64,000 nt of DNA from Elusimicrobiota bacterium (GCA_036574205.1 JAINCQ010000009.1:1-64000), one strand, 5' to 3'. Shown: positions 1 through 9,300, numbered from the stretch's first letter. The notes: generated by a model not told the origin, from the letters alone. Program-made: numbers and translations.

Positions 1-1052
1 TATTTCGTAGAATAAAAGGCTATAGGAGGGCATATAATATGCTATATAGCCTTAAGAACTTAAGCGAAAGCGAGGTAGCAAAGAAGAGGATAAAGATAAT
101 AAGGTTTTATGAGGAATATGGGGAGAAAGCGACTAAAGAAGCATTTGGGGCAGATAGGCGAGTAATAAGTCGGTGGCGAAAAAGGATGAGGGAAAAAGGT
201 GAAGAAGGATTAATTCCATATTCTACCCGGCCATATAAATTAAGGCAGATGACCACTGATAAAGAGATAATAGAATATATTCGTATGCTCAGGGAGAAAC
301 ATCCCCGGATAGGCAAAGAGAAGATAAAGGTAATGTTAGATAGGTTTTGCGAGTTAAAAGGATTAAAAAGCATATCAGCATCTACAATAGGCAAAATAAT
401 AAAACGCAATAATTTCTTTTATCAGCCAAATGGGCGGGTATATCACAATCCAGATAGCAAATGGGCTATTAAAAGAACAAATAAACCGAGAAGGAAACGA
501 GTAAGATATTCGCCTAAAGTAGATGAATATGGACATATAATGTCAGATACAGTGGAAAGGATAACAGATGGGATAAAAGATTATTTTATAAGTGCGATAG
601 ATATAAAACAAAAGTTTGCAATAACGCTTAATTATAAAAGACTAACAAGTCGGAATATGTTAGACTTTTACAGGAGATTTAAAGAAGTATATCCATATAA
701 GATAAAGAGCTGGCAGACAGATAATGGTAGAGAGAATTTAGGGGAGTTTGATGCAGAGTTAAAACGAGAAGGGATAGAGCATAGATTTACATATCCGAGA
801 TGTCCGAGGATAAATAGTTATATAGAAAGATATAACAGGACAATACAGGAAGAGTTTATAGACAACAATCTGGATATAATCCATGATAAAGAGTTATTAA
901 ACAAGAGGTTGGCGGAATACCTGTCTGCGTGCAACGCACAGGCAGATTTGATATACTATAATATCGAGAGACCGCATAAATCATTGAATATGAAAGCGCC
1001 ATTAGAGTTAATTTTAAAAGATAAAATGTCGCAAATGTGTGTAACTCATACA
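1..1052 (+). mobile_element. IS481-family insertion sequence (left end outside the window); candidate right terminal repeat ~1027-1052
   Basis: Contains a DDE transposase. Sequence TGTCGCAAATGTGTGTAACTCATACA ends in ACA (5'-TGT on the other strand), as expected for IS481 ends. The matching left IR cannot be checked. Confidence 0.7.
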
Positions 1053-1073
1053 AATATTTTTTTAAAGCTTTAA
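39..1073 (+). CDS. IS481-family transposase (HTH + integrase core)
   Basis: N-terminal HTH (ISRWRKR..GEEGL..STRP); DDE residues in MSDT, QTDNG and IERYNRT; C-terminal YNxxRPHxSL; GGAGG RBS at 25-29. Confidence 0.9.
   Translation: MLYSLKNLSESEVAKKRIKIIRFYEEYGEKATKEAFGADRRVISRWRKRMREKGEEGLIPYSTRPYKLRQMTTDKEIIEYIRMLREKHPRIGKEKIKVMLDRFCELKGLKSISASTIGKIIKRNNFFYQPNGRVYHNPDSKWAIKRTNKPRRKRVRYSPKVDEYGHIMSDTVERITDGIKDYFISAIDIKQKFAITLNYKRLTSRNMLDFYRRFKEVYPYKIKSWQTDNGRENLGEFDAELKREGIEHRFTYPRCPRINSYIERYNRTIQEEFIDNNLDIIHDKELLNKRLAEYLSACNAQADLIYYNIERPHKSLNMKAPLELILKDKMSQMCVTHTNIFLKL
921..947. repeat. 27-bp GC-rich imperfect palindrome inserted in frame in the transposase
   Basis: CTGTCTGCGTGCAACGCACAGGCAGAT, 16/27 GC. 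Removing it restores the family-like LAEYLIYYNIERPH. Confidence 0.6.
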
Positions 1074-1091
1074 AATGTTGTATAATATAAT

Positions 1092-1165
1092 TGCGGGGTA
1101 GAGCAGCCCGGTAGCTCGCCAGGCCCATAACCTGGAGGTCGTAGGTTCAAATCCTACCCCCGCAA
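1092..1165 (+). tRNA. tRNA-Met(CAT), initiator-like
   Basis: Cloverleaf: TGCGGGG/CCCCGCA acceptor, GAGC/GCTC D-stem (A11:U24), CCAGG-CCCATAA-CCTGG anticodon arm, GTAGG-TTCAAAT-CCTAC T arm. CCA not encoded. TATAAT at 1081-1086. Confidence 0.95.
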
Positions 1166-1280
1166 TAATCACAGTCTTTAAACAATCATAAATACCTAAG
1201 CTTTAAGAAAATTCGGCAGCTTAAATTATGTTCTGTCTAATCTTTTATTGTTAACTTATAGGAAAATATAAATTTAGAGG

Positions 1281-2441
1281 CTAATATTTACTATAAACAA
1301 ATCTATCAAGTAAATTCATAGAACAATCAAATGCTGATATGTCTATTTTTCTTTCATCAATCTTGATATTTAAAAAAACTCTACTATCAATCTGAGTTTC
1401 AATAATTTCACTTGCTTCAATTTCTGAGAGATAAAGATCTCCACCTCCAACTGTAATGTAAATAACCCCCCCCTCATCAGGCACACCATATTTAAGAGGC
1501 TTTGTTCTCAAATAATATTTATTTCCACTTTGAAACACAAAATCAACCTTATATTTTAAAAACAATTCTTCAAGCCCTTCCTTAATATCTTCTCCGCCTA
1601 TTGATGAGGGATATATTGGATGATTTAAAACTACAAAACGCCATTTTTTAGAGTTTGAATACTTAAGAGTTTCTTCAAGCCATTGATATTGCTTTGTTCC
1701 TTTTCTTAATGACGGAGCGGAGTCTATCTCGTTTAGGTTATTATTATCGAGAAATATAAATCTTGAAGTCCCAGAATCAATAAAATAATAATGAGGAGAA
1801 AAACCATTTCTGGCAAATCTATAATAAGGTGAAAAATTTTCACCTAAAAATCTATAACTATTTGTCTTTTCTTTTATCTCTCCATATTCTTTTAGACCAA
1901 GAGAGATAAAAAATGGAATAGATTTTAAAATTCCTGAAAAAGGCATAAAATAATATGTATCATGATCTAACAGGTTTCCATTTGAAATATTGCCTGTATG
2001 AATTATAAAATTAATATCGGGAAAAGAAAATATCGCTGATGAAAGGGCAATGTTTTGATCTGGAGAATTTAAAAAGGTGTTTCCAATTACAATAAAACTA
2101 AAACTTGAAACTGTTTCGTCATAAAAAGTTGTAAATGTGGCGCTTGAAGCAAGATATGAATGCGTTGAATTTGAAACTGGAAGATATATCATATAACAGT
2201 ATTTTTTTGCAATCTTAAGGCCATATATATTTACATACTGGTTTTTCTTTGGAGTTGTAACTGTGAGATATTTATTACATTTTGGAAATTCCCCCCAGCT
2301 AAACCATGTTATTTCAGGGCTATCCACAGAATATCTTATAGTTGCCGAATTACTGGAAAGGTAATCAAGATATGGACCACGAACTATCGTGGCGGATTTT
2401 AAGTGAGAGACTAAAAAAATCAAGAATAAAATATATTTCAT
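1281..2441 (-). CDS. Exported purple-acid-phosphatase-like metallophosphoesterase-fold protein with degenerate metal ligands
   Basis: Signal peptide, RGPYL/FN3-like N-domain, FSFIVIG, QYQWLE..L, WRFV..HP, VDFVFQSG, GVIYITVGGG. Confidence 0.75.
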   Translation of the reverse strand: MKYILFLIFLVSHLKSATIVRGPYLDYLSSNSATIRYSVDSPEITWFSWGEFPKCNKYLTVTTPKKNQYVNIYGLKIAKKYCYMIYLPVSNSTHSYLASSATFTTFYDETVSSFSFIVIGNTFLNSPDQNIALSSAIFSFPDINFIIHTGNISNGNLLDHDTYYFMPFSGILKSIPFFISLGLKEYGEIKEKTNSYRFLGENFSPYYRFARNGFSPHYYFIDSGTSRFIFLDNNNLNEIDSAPSLRKGTKQYQWLEETLKYSNSKKWRFVVLNHPIYPSSIGGEDIKEGLEELFLKYKVDFVFQSGNKYYLRTKPLKYGVPDEGGVIYITVGGGDLYLSEIEASEIIETQIDSRVFLNIKIDERKIDISAFDCSMNLLDRFVYSKY

Positions 2442-4171
2442 TTTACAAATAAATCTATAACTTTGAATTTTTTTGCATCGATAATACCCCTATCCGTTAT
2501 TTTTATTTCAGGAATAGGAGGAAGAGTAAGAAAGGACATAGCCATAAAAGGATCAGGCAAGTCAGAGCCTAAATATCTTGATATTTCAATTAATCTTTTA
2601 ATTTTAGTTCTAACAAAATCGGCGCTTCTGTCAGACATAAGCCCTGCCACAGGCAACGGTAGTGATTCAAGAATTTGTCCGTTTAAAGCTGCAGATATCC
2701 CTCCTTGCATCTTAACCACTCCAACAGCAGCTTGATACATATCTCCATCATGAGCCCCTATGACTACTATATTATGTGAATCATGAGATATACTTGATGC
2801 AATAGCGCCTTTTTTGAGTTTAAAGCCTTTTACCAATCCTTTTGCTATTCTACCGCTTGCCATATGCCTTTCTATGACTGCTATTTTCAATATATCCCTT
2901 TCAGTGTCCGAAGAAACATATCCACCATCAACTTTAATATTTTCAACAGTCATTCTGGTTATTATTTCATTTGGAATAACATTTATAACCCTTGCTCTTG
3001 TGGATTTAGCTTTAAGAGCGAAATCTTCATGTTCTATCCATTTAACATTCATAGTTCCCCTGAGTTTTTCTTTATAGTCTTTGATTATACCTTCCTGAAT
3101 TTTTCCGTCTTTTGCAACTAAAACTCCATTTTTAAACACCATTTTTATGTTTATTTTTTTGAGATTTTCAAAGATTATCATATCCGCAACATAACCAGGA
3201 ACGATAGCACCAAGATTATTAAGTCTGAAATATTCAGCAGTATTTATTGTCGCCATCTGTATCGCTTTTATAGGATCCACCCCATAGCTGATCGCCTTTT
3301 TTACAAGATAGTTTATATGTCCTTCGTTATTTATATCTTCAAGGTGTCTATCGTCTGTGACAAAAATAAATTTTCTTGAGTTTGATGCATTAACAAGACC
3401 TACAAGCGATTTAAGATTTTTAGCCGCAGTCCCTTCCCGTATCATAACAAACATTCCAGCTCTGAGTTTTTCCCTAGCCTCAGTTATATTACTACATTCA
3501 TGATCAGACCTTATTCCGCTTGAAATATATGCGTAAAGCTCTTTTCCTCTAAGAAATGGCGCATGTCCATCTATTATTTTATTGTTGGCTATAGCAATTT
3601 TTTTCAATAAATCCATGTCTTTATTTATAACTCCGGGATAATTCATTACTTCTGCTATTCCTAAAATTCTTTCATCATTTAAAAGAAGAGAAAGATCATG
3701 GCTTGAAAGCGACGCGCCTGAAGTTTCAAGGGTTGTTGATGGGACACAGGAGGGCAGCATTACATAAACACCAAGCATTGCATCAACACTTGAAGAAAGC
3801 ATATATTTTATACCTTCAATACCCAAAACATTAGCTATTTCATGTGGATCTATAATAACGGTGGTAGTTCCACATGGTAAAACGACCCTTGCAAACTCTG
3901 GGATTTTAACCATTGAACTTTCTATATGAACATGGCCATCTATAAAACCCGGCGCAACATACATTCCTTTTACATCTACAATATTTTTGGCAGAGTAGTC
4001 GCCAAATCCTACTATTTTCCCGTTATGGATAGCTATATCTGTTTTATATATATCACCAGAGAAAGTGTTTATAAGTTTTGCATTTTTTATAAGCAAATCT
4101 ATTTTCGTTTTATTAAGTGATATATCTATTTCTTTTTTTAAATTATCAACCTTCTTATCCAATTCTATCAT
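2438..4171 (-). CDS. ade: Adenine deaminase
   Basis: PGFIDGHVHIESS, DPHEIANV, DGHAP, SDHE, TDDRH, SHDSHN motifs; 577 aa. Confidence 0.95.
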   Translation of the reverse strand: MIELDKKVDNLKKEIDISLNKTKIDLLIKNAKLINTFSGDIYKTDIAIHNGKIVGFGDYSAKNIVDVKGMYVAPGFIDGHVHIESSMVKIPEFARVVLPCGTTTVIIDPHEIANVLGIEGIKYMLSSSVDAMLGVYVMLPSCVPSTTLETSGASLSSHDLSLLLNDERILGIAEVMNYPGVINKDMDLLKKIAIANNKIIDGHAPFLRGKELYAYISSGIRSDHECSNITEAREKLRAGMFVMIREGTAAKNLKSLVGLVNASNSRKFIFVTDDRHLEDINNEGHINYLVKKAISYGVDPIKAIQMATINTAEYFRLNNLGAIVPGYVADMIIFENLKKINIKMVFKNGVLVAKDGKIQEGIIKDYKEKLRGTMNVKWIEHEDFALKAKSTRARVINVIPNEIITRMTVENIKVDGGYVSSDTERDILKIAVIERHMASGRIAKGLVKGFKLKKGAIASSISHDSHNIVVIGAHDGDMYQAAVGVVKMQGGISAALNGQILESLPLPVAGLMSDRSADFVRTKIKRLIEISRYLGSDLPDPFMAMSFLTLPPIPEIKITDRGIIDAKKFKVIDLFVK

Positions 4172-4219
4172 AAAATCTCCTTTAATATATTATATATACT
4201 TTATAGTTTTTTTAAAATG

Positions 4220-4231
4220 TATAATTTAATT
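4220..4231 (+). promoter_or_regulatory. -10 element 6 nt before ATG (candidate leaderless promoter)
   Basis: TATAAT-TTAATT-ATG(4232); no SD sequence. Confidence 0.5.
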
Positions 4232-5002
4232 ATGGAACTTAATTTTAGTTTTATGTTTCTTGCGTTTTGTGTTTTTATTGCGGGATTTGTTGATTCAATA
4301 GCTGGAGGAGGTGGAGTTATAACTATACCAGCTTACTTGAACTACGGAGTCAGCGAGTATTTTTTACTTGGAACAAATAAACTTTCATCGACAACTGGAA
4401 CTTTTATAGCTGTATTTAAATATTTTTCGCACACCAACTTTAAAAAGAAATACCTTTTTATGATTTTTGTATATTCCGCTGTTTTTTCTGTTCTTGGAGC
4501 TGCTTTTATTTCTTCTTTTCCGGATTATATTATAAAAATAATAGTCATTTTTATGGTACCTTTTCTTTCTATTTACCTTCTTATAAAAAAAGATTTTGCC
4601 TTAACCGACACAAGCTACATGATAACATCGGCTCAAAAAAATCTGCGAACATTAATAATATCATCTTTAGTTTCGTTTTATGACGGAATGCTCGGGCCTG
4701 GAACTGGTACATTCTTAGCCGCTGGATATTCAAAATTTGTGGGTTATGATATATTAAAAAGCACGGCTCTTGCAAAATTCACAAATCTTGTATCCAATAT
4801 TTTCGCTCTATTAACATTTCTTATTCTTGGAAAAGTAAATATAAAACTTGGATTGGCTATGGGTTTCGTATCTATTTTTGGAAATTATTTAGGTTCAAAT
4901 ATCGCTATAAAGAATGGGACAAAAACTATCAAACCAATGATGGTTATTATTTCAAATCTATTGCTTGTAAAAATTATTATAGAATTTATAAATGGTAAAT
5001 AA
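4232..5002 (+). CDS. TSUP (TauE/SafE) family transporter
   Basis: AGFVDSIAGGGG, GTNK, FYDGMLGPGTG; multiple TM helices. Start at 4232 preferred over 4217. Confidence 0.9.
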   Translation: MELNFSFMFLAFCVFIAGFVDSIAGGGGVITIPAYLNYGVSEYFLLGTNKLSSTTGTFIAVFKYFSHTNFKKKYLFMIFVYSAVFSVLGAAFISSFPDYIIKIIVIFMVPFLSIYLLIKKDFALTDTSYMITSAQKNLRTLIISSLVSFYDGMLGPGTGTFLAAGYSKFVGYDILKSTALAKFTNLVSNIFALLTFLILGKVNIKLGLAMGFVSIFGNYLGSNIAIKNGTKTIKPMMVIISNLLLVKIIIEFINGK

Positions 5003-5434
5003 ATGAAAAAAGATATAATAATAAAAGCAATTAAGTACCCTACGATAAAAGAGTTAAACGATATAAAAAGGATATATAAAGAAGCAGGCTGGTGGAGAGA
5101 TAAAGATTCAATTAAAAAAATTGAATCAATAGTAAATAAAACACATTTATTTGCTGTTGCAATTTTAAATGGAACCATAATTGGAATGGCAAGAGTAATA
5201 TCAGACCAGGTCAGCGACGCTTATATTCAGGATTTTGCTGTTTTAAAACGATATAGAAACATAGGAATAGGAACTGAGATTTTAAGATTCATAATTAAGT
5301 TTTTAAAAAAAAATAAATTTGACTGGATAGGACTTATAGCCCGGAAAAGAGCAGTTTCGCTTTATAGGAAATCTGGTTTTAAAATATATCCGGATAAAAT
5401 TCCTATGGTTTATTATGGAACTAAAAAAAATTGA
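5003..5434 (+). CDS. GNAT family N-acetyltransferase
   Basis: IGMARVISD..AYIQD..V...YRNIGIG; LYRKSGF. Confidence 0.9.
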   Translation: MKKDIIIKAIKYPTIKELNDIKRIYKEAGWWRDKDSIKKIESIVNKTHLFAVAILNGTIIGMARVISDQVSDAYIQDFAVLKRYRNIGIGTEILRFIIKFLKKNKFDWIGLIARKRAVSLYRKSGFKIYPDKIPMVYYGTKKN

Positions 5435-6314
5435 GAAAAAAGATATTCCAATCATCAAGTCTTTTCTTAGTAACTTTCCTCTAACCAACTCGGCTTATGC
5501 TATTTCAAATATCTATCTATGGAATAATTGTATATATGAAGTTCGCTTTGGTATTGTAGATGATATTATGATTATAACTGAAGACATAATAAATCAGCCA
5601 AATTCAAATAGAATTGCATTCCCAATTTCAAAAGAAGAAATTTCTGTGCTTTTTTTGAAGGAAATTCTCATAAAAACAGGATATAGGTATGTTTATTATG
5701 TAAATGAAAAGTATGTAAAAAAATATGAAAACGAGATATTGAAATATTTTAATATTTATTTAAATGAAGGTTATGCCGATTATGTGTATGATGCCTTCCA
5801 GCTTGCAACACTAAAAGGTTCAAAATATTCCGGGAAAAGGAATCTTATAAAACAGTTTGAGAAAAATTATGATGGATCTTATAAGATTTTGAGTTTAACC
5901 AAAAATTCTATAGAAGATATAATAAGTTTTTCAAAAAAACTTGACAACCAGATTTATCTTGAAAAAAATTTTGATATGCTTGAATGCGAAAAAAAAGCTA
6001 TCTCAAATATAGAATCTTTTTTTGACTATATTGATTTTTTTGGTATAACTCTTTATATAAATGAAGAAATAAAAGGTTTTGCAATCGGCTCTATATTAGA
6101 TGAAACCACATGTGTATTAAATTTTGAAAAAGCGGATAAAAAAATAAAAGGTGGCTATCAGCTTATAGACAGAGAGTTTGCAAAAATAGCTTCTTTAAAA
6201 TTCAAATATATAAATAAAGAAGGAGACCTTTTAAATCCGGGATTAAGAAAATCAAAACTCTCCTATTATCCGACTTTTATTTTAAATTCTTATATTCTTG
6301 AGCTAAAATTATAA
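5415..6314 (+). CDS. DUF2156 / phosphatidylglycerol lysyltransferase C-terminal-like domain protein
   Basis: DYVYD...LATLKGSKYSGKRN, FEKAD, YINKEGDLLNPGLRKSKLSYYP. Confidence 0.85.
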   Translation: MELKKIEKKDIPIIKSFLSNFPLTNSAYAISNIYLWNNCIYEVRFGIVDDIMIITEDIINQPNSNRIAFPISKEEISVLFLKEILIKTGYRYVYYVNEKYVKKYENEILKYFNIYLNEGYADYVYDAFQLATLKGSKYSGKRNLIKQFEKNYDGSYKILSLTKNSIEDIISFSKKLDNQIYLEKNFDMLECEKKAISNIESFFDYIDFFGITLYINEEIKGFAIGSILDETTCVLNFEKADKKIKGGYQLIDREFAKIASLKFKYINKEGDLLNPGLRKSKLSYYPTFILNSYILELKL

Positions 6315-6320
6315 CATCTG

Positions 6321-7628
6321 TTATTGATAGGGATTTTCTGTTATGCTTAAAAGGTATAAACATGCTTTTTTATTTTTTTCAAAAGCCTTATCTATTATAG
6401 CAGACCCTGGATAAAAAGAATTACCTTCAAGCTCTATTGTCCACGCCAGAACTTTAAGTTTATCATATGCCCAATCTGCCATATCCCCACTTGCTATATA
6501 TAAATCGCTTGATTGCTGATATTCATATCCCAAAAGTGATGCCATCGCCTTAGCATGTTTTATAAAAGCGTTTCTATCCTTCTCATCTTCCACAGGATTA
6601 TCCCTGCCACCCCACGGGTAAAGAACAAGGGAAGAATAAGAATGGTAACTTATGGCTGTCTTTATATTCTTATGCGAGGTCATAAAATCCTTTAAGTTTT
6701 TTGATTCAGGTTCTGAAAAAGCTGATTTACCACAATATGTATCTGAATATTGGTAGGAAGAAGCTCCAGATTTGCACCACTCAAAGTCATAATTTCTATT
6801 TAAATCAACTCCAACCACAGAACTTCCTCCAAGTTTATTTGTGTTTTTCCTCCACCATCTATAGCTTCCAGTGGCTATATCATATTCTACACCATCAGGA
6901 TTAAGCATCGGTATTATATATATATCAAGATTTTCTATATATTTCTTAAAGGTAGAGTCATTTCTATTTTCAAGAATATAAACAGCGAATAAAAGAACCA
7001 TTTCATTAGTAAGATGTTCTCGTGAATGATGATTGCCGACCAACAAAACACCCGGTTTTTTACTTTGAGTATTTCCTTTCTCAGTTGGATTTATTCTCAA
7101 ACACCAGATCTCCCTCCCCTCATATGACTTACCTATTGAAAATAGGGAGGTTATATCCTGATTTTTTGAATATATTTCTTTTAAAATCTCAGTGGTTTCG
7201 TTATAATTATGATATGCCGAATCGGCAGATGGAAAATCTTTGTTTTCAGATTTTACCCAATCGTAAATAGTTTTCTTTTCAACTATCGTAAAATCCTTTT
7301 CCTGTATATTCATAATCAAATCCTTGTTTATAAATCCACTTGTTATATCATTATTTACTTCAATTATATCAAAACCTAATTCAAGAAGTTTTGTTCTTTG
7401 ATACTTATCCTTAGCCATAACCTTCATAAAATATCTTGGATCATTTTTTAGCGACTCTTCCAATTTTGAATTTGGCTGAGGAGACACAACCGAAGAAATT
7501 CTTTGTTTTAAATCCTTAATCAAATTTTCTAGAGTTAAATTACTTCTTGATTCTTCAATTGTTTGTGAATAAACACCTATTGAAAAAGAAACAAAAAGAA
7601 CAGCTATCATAAAGTTTTTGATTTTCAT
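6321..7628 (-). CDS. Secreted M14 zinc carboxypeptidase (carboxypeptidase T-like)
   Basis: Signal peptide, GKSYEGR, HSREH, NPDG, WRKN, GVDLNRNY, HSY, TIEL. Confidence 0.92.
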   Translation of the reverse strand: MKIKNFMIAVLFVSFSIGVYSQTIEESRSNLTLENLIKDLKQRISSVVSPQPNSKLEESLKNDPRYFMKVMAKDKYQRTKLLELGFDIIEVNNDITSGFINKDLIMNIQEKDFTIVEKKTIYDWVKSENKDFPSADSAYHNYNETTEILKEIYSKNQDITSLFSIGKSYEGREIWCLRINPTEKGNTQSKKPGVLLVGNHHSREHLTNEMVLLFAVYILENRNDSTFKKYIENLDIYIIPMLNPDGVEYDIATGSYRWWRKNTNKLGGSSVVGVDLNRNYDFEWCKSGASSYQYSDTYCGKSAFSEPESKNLKDFMTSHKNIKTAISYHSYSSLVLYPWGGRDNPVEDEKDRNAFIKHAKAMASLLGYEYQQSSDLYIASGDMADWAYDKLKVLAWTIELEGNSFYPGSAIIDKAFEKNKKACLYLLSITENPYQ

Positions 7629-7742
7629 AATAACACTCCATTAGTTTTATAATGATAAAACATCTTTCTATTATATATATCTTTTATGATTTTTATCATT
7701 AAAACAAGAGCAGAGTTACCAATCCAACATAGGTCTTAAGTC

Positions 7743-7937
7743 CTATATTGTTACTGCCCTATTACATTTTTTACACCAGCCAGCTGATTTATTTGTAACT
7801 GATTTTCTATTAAGCGATATTTGTGCCATGCATCCCGGACAAGAAACAGAGATCCCGTTTATGTCAAGTTTTGGAAAATCCTTTTCAAAAACCTCTTTTG
7901 AGGGGTATCTTGGTTCAAGCCATTTTCCTTTATTCAT
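7743..7937 (-). CDS. Small Zn-ribbon-like hypothetical protein
   Basis: 64 aa with CPGC...CKKC; fills the gap in a co-oriented gene run. Confidence 0.65.
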   Translation of the reverse strand: MNKGKWLEPRYPSKEVFEKDFPKLDINGISVSCPGCMAQISLNRKSVTNKSAGWCKKCNRAVTI

Positions 7938-7961
7938 AAAAAATCTTTTTATTAATTAAAA

Positions 7962-9272
7962 TTAATAATTATATCTATAATAATTGTCAGGATTATATAT
8001 AAAATAAAAATCAAATGGATCAAGCCTTGGAAGATCTATATATTTCTTACCTTTTTCATCAGTTTTTTCCTCATATATAGTTGAAAATCTTTTCTCTGAA
8101 TAATAATCAGGATCTTTTATTATCCCTTCCTCTACTATATTTTCAACAACATTATCCGCCCATTTAAGTTCCACTGCTGTGTCTCCAAACTCCTCCCAAT
8201 CTCCATCTGAATTATGCTCATACATTTTTTTTCTAAAATCTTCAATATCCATTCCAAGTTTTTTTGCTATTGGTCCCATCAATCTTTTTTCCCATTTTTT
8301 AGCCATTTCCAACTTCTCTTTTAACTGAGTCATATTACCCCAGTGCATCGTAGACATTTGATGATGAAGTATTATAGCATTGGGATAGACAAAAGATTTT
8401 TTTGCAAGAGTTGTTATTGTAGCTGCCATAGATGCAGCATATGATTTAACCACAACATAAACAGGACTTGCGCTTGCTTCCATAGCCTTCAATATTTTAT
8501 ATCCAGCCATAACAGATCCCCCAGGGGATCTATCAATTACTATAAATATTGGCGCAGAACTAATATTATTGAAATAATTTATTCTGCTTACAACATAATC
8601 GGCGGTGTTCATAGTTATAACGCCGTTTAAAGGTATTCTTCTATCAGAAATTACCAATGTTCCATTTTTGAAGACATCACCTGTATATTTTATTTCCTTT
8701 GAAACCTGTTTTTTTAACTCGTCTTTTTTGTCTCTAAAATCTATCTCAGCTTTCAATTTATCTATTTCTGATTGTTTTAAAAAAAGCTGATATTTTATTT
8801 TTTCTTTTTCAAAATCAAGCTTCTTAATTTCATAATCCATTTTCGCTTTTTCGTTGTCCATTCTGTTTTTTTCAAGTCTATGCCTTTCCATTTCAAGGTC
8901 ATTTTCCGCTTTTAGTTTACTGATCTCAAAGAATATTTTACTTAAAAGTTGTTTATTCGTTTCATCATTGAGTCTATTTTCGGTTGAAATCCTTTCAAGC
9001 TGAGACTTAAGTTCTTTAATCTGATTTGCCATTTTTTCAGAATATAACTTATTTTCCATAGATACCGCGTTATATTCCGCTTCTATCTCAGCAATCCTAT
9101 TTTTTTCTTTTTGCATCAAAAGTTCGTATTGTGATTTTAATAAATCTTTTTCGCTATTTATTTTTTCAATCCTTTCATCTTTTTCTGAGGTCACAGTTTT
9201 TGTTGAAACATTTTGTGCCTGAGAAAGTGAAAGAGATACAGCGACAATAAAGAATGTTATAATTTTTTTCAT
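7962..9272 (-). CDS. Exported ClpP-family (S14-like) protease with N-terminal coiled coil
   Basis: GGAGG RBS before ATG 9272; signal peptide; ~170 aa K/E/L heptad region; SPGGSV..G, AASMAA, ILHHQ. Confidence 0.8.
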   Translation of the reverse strand: MKKIITFFIVAVSLSLSQAQNVSTKTVTSEKDERIEKINSEKDLLKSQYELLMQKEKNRIAEIEAEYNAVSMENKLYSEKMANQIKELKSQLERISTENRLNDETNKQLLSKIFFEISKLKAENDLEMERHRLEKNRMDNEKAKMDYEIKKLDFEKEKIKYQLFLKQSEIDKLKAEIDFRDKKDELKKQVSKEIKYTGDVFKNGTLVISDRRIPLNGVITMNTADYVVSRINYFNNISSAPIFIVIDRSPGGSVMAGYKILKAMEASASPVYVVVKSYAASMAATITTLAKKSFVYPNAIILHHQMSTMHWGNMTQLKEKLEMAKKWEKRLMGPIAKKLGMDIEDFRKKMYEHNSDGDWEEFGDTAVELKWADNVVENIVEEGIIKDPDYYSEKRFSTIYEEKTDEKGKKYIDLPRLDPFDFYFIYNPDNYYRYNY

Positions 9273-9300
9273 AAACTCCTCCAAAATAATTATACAAAAA

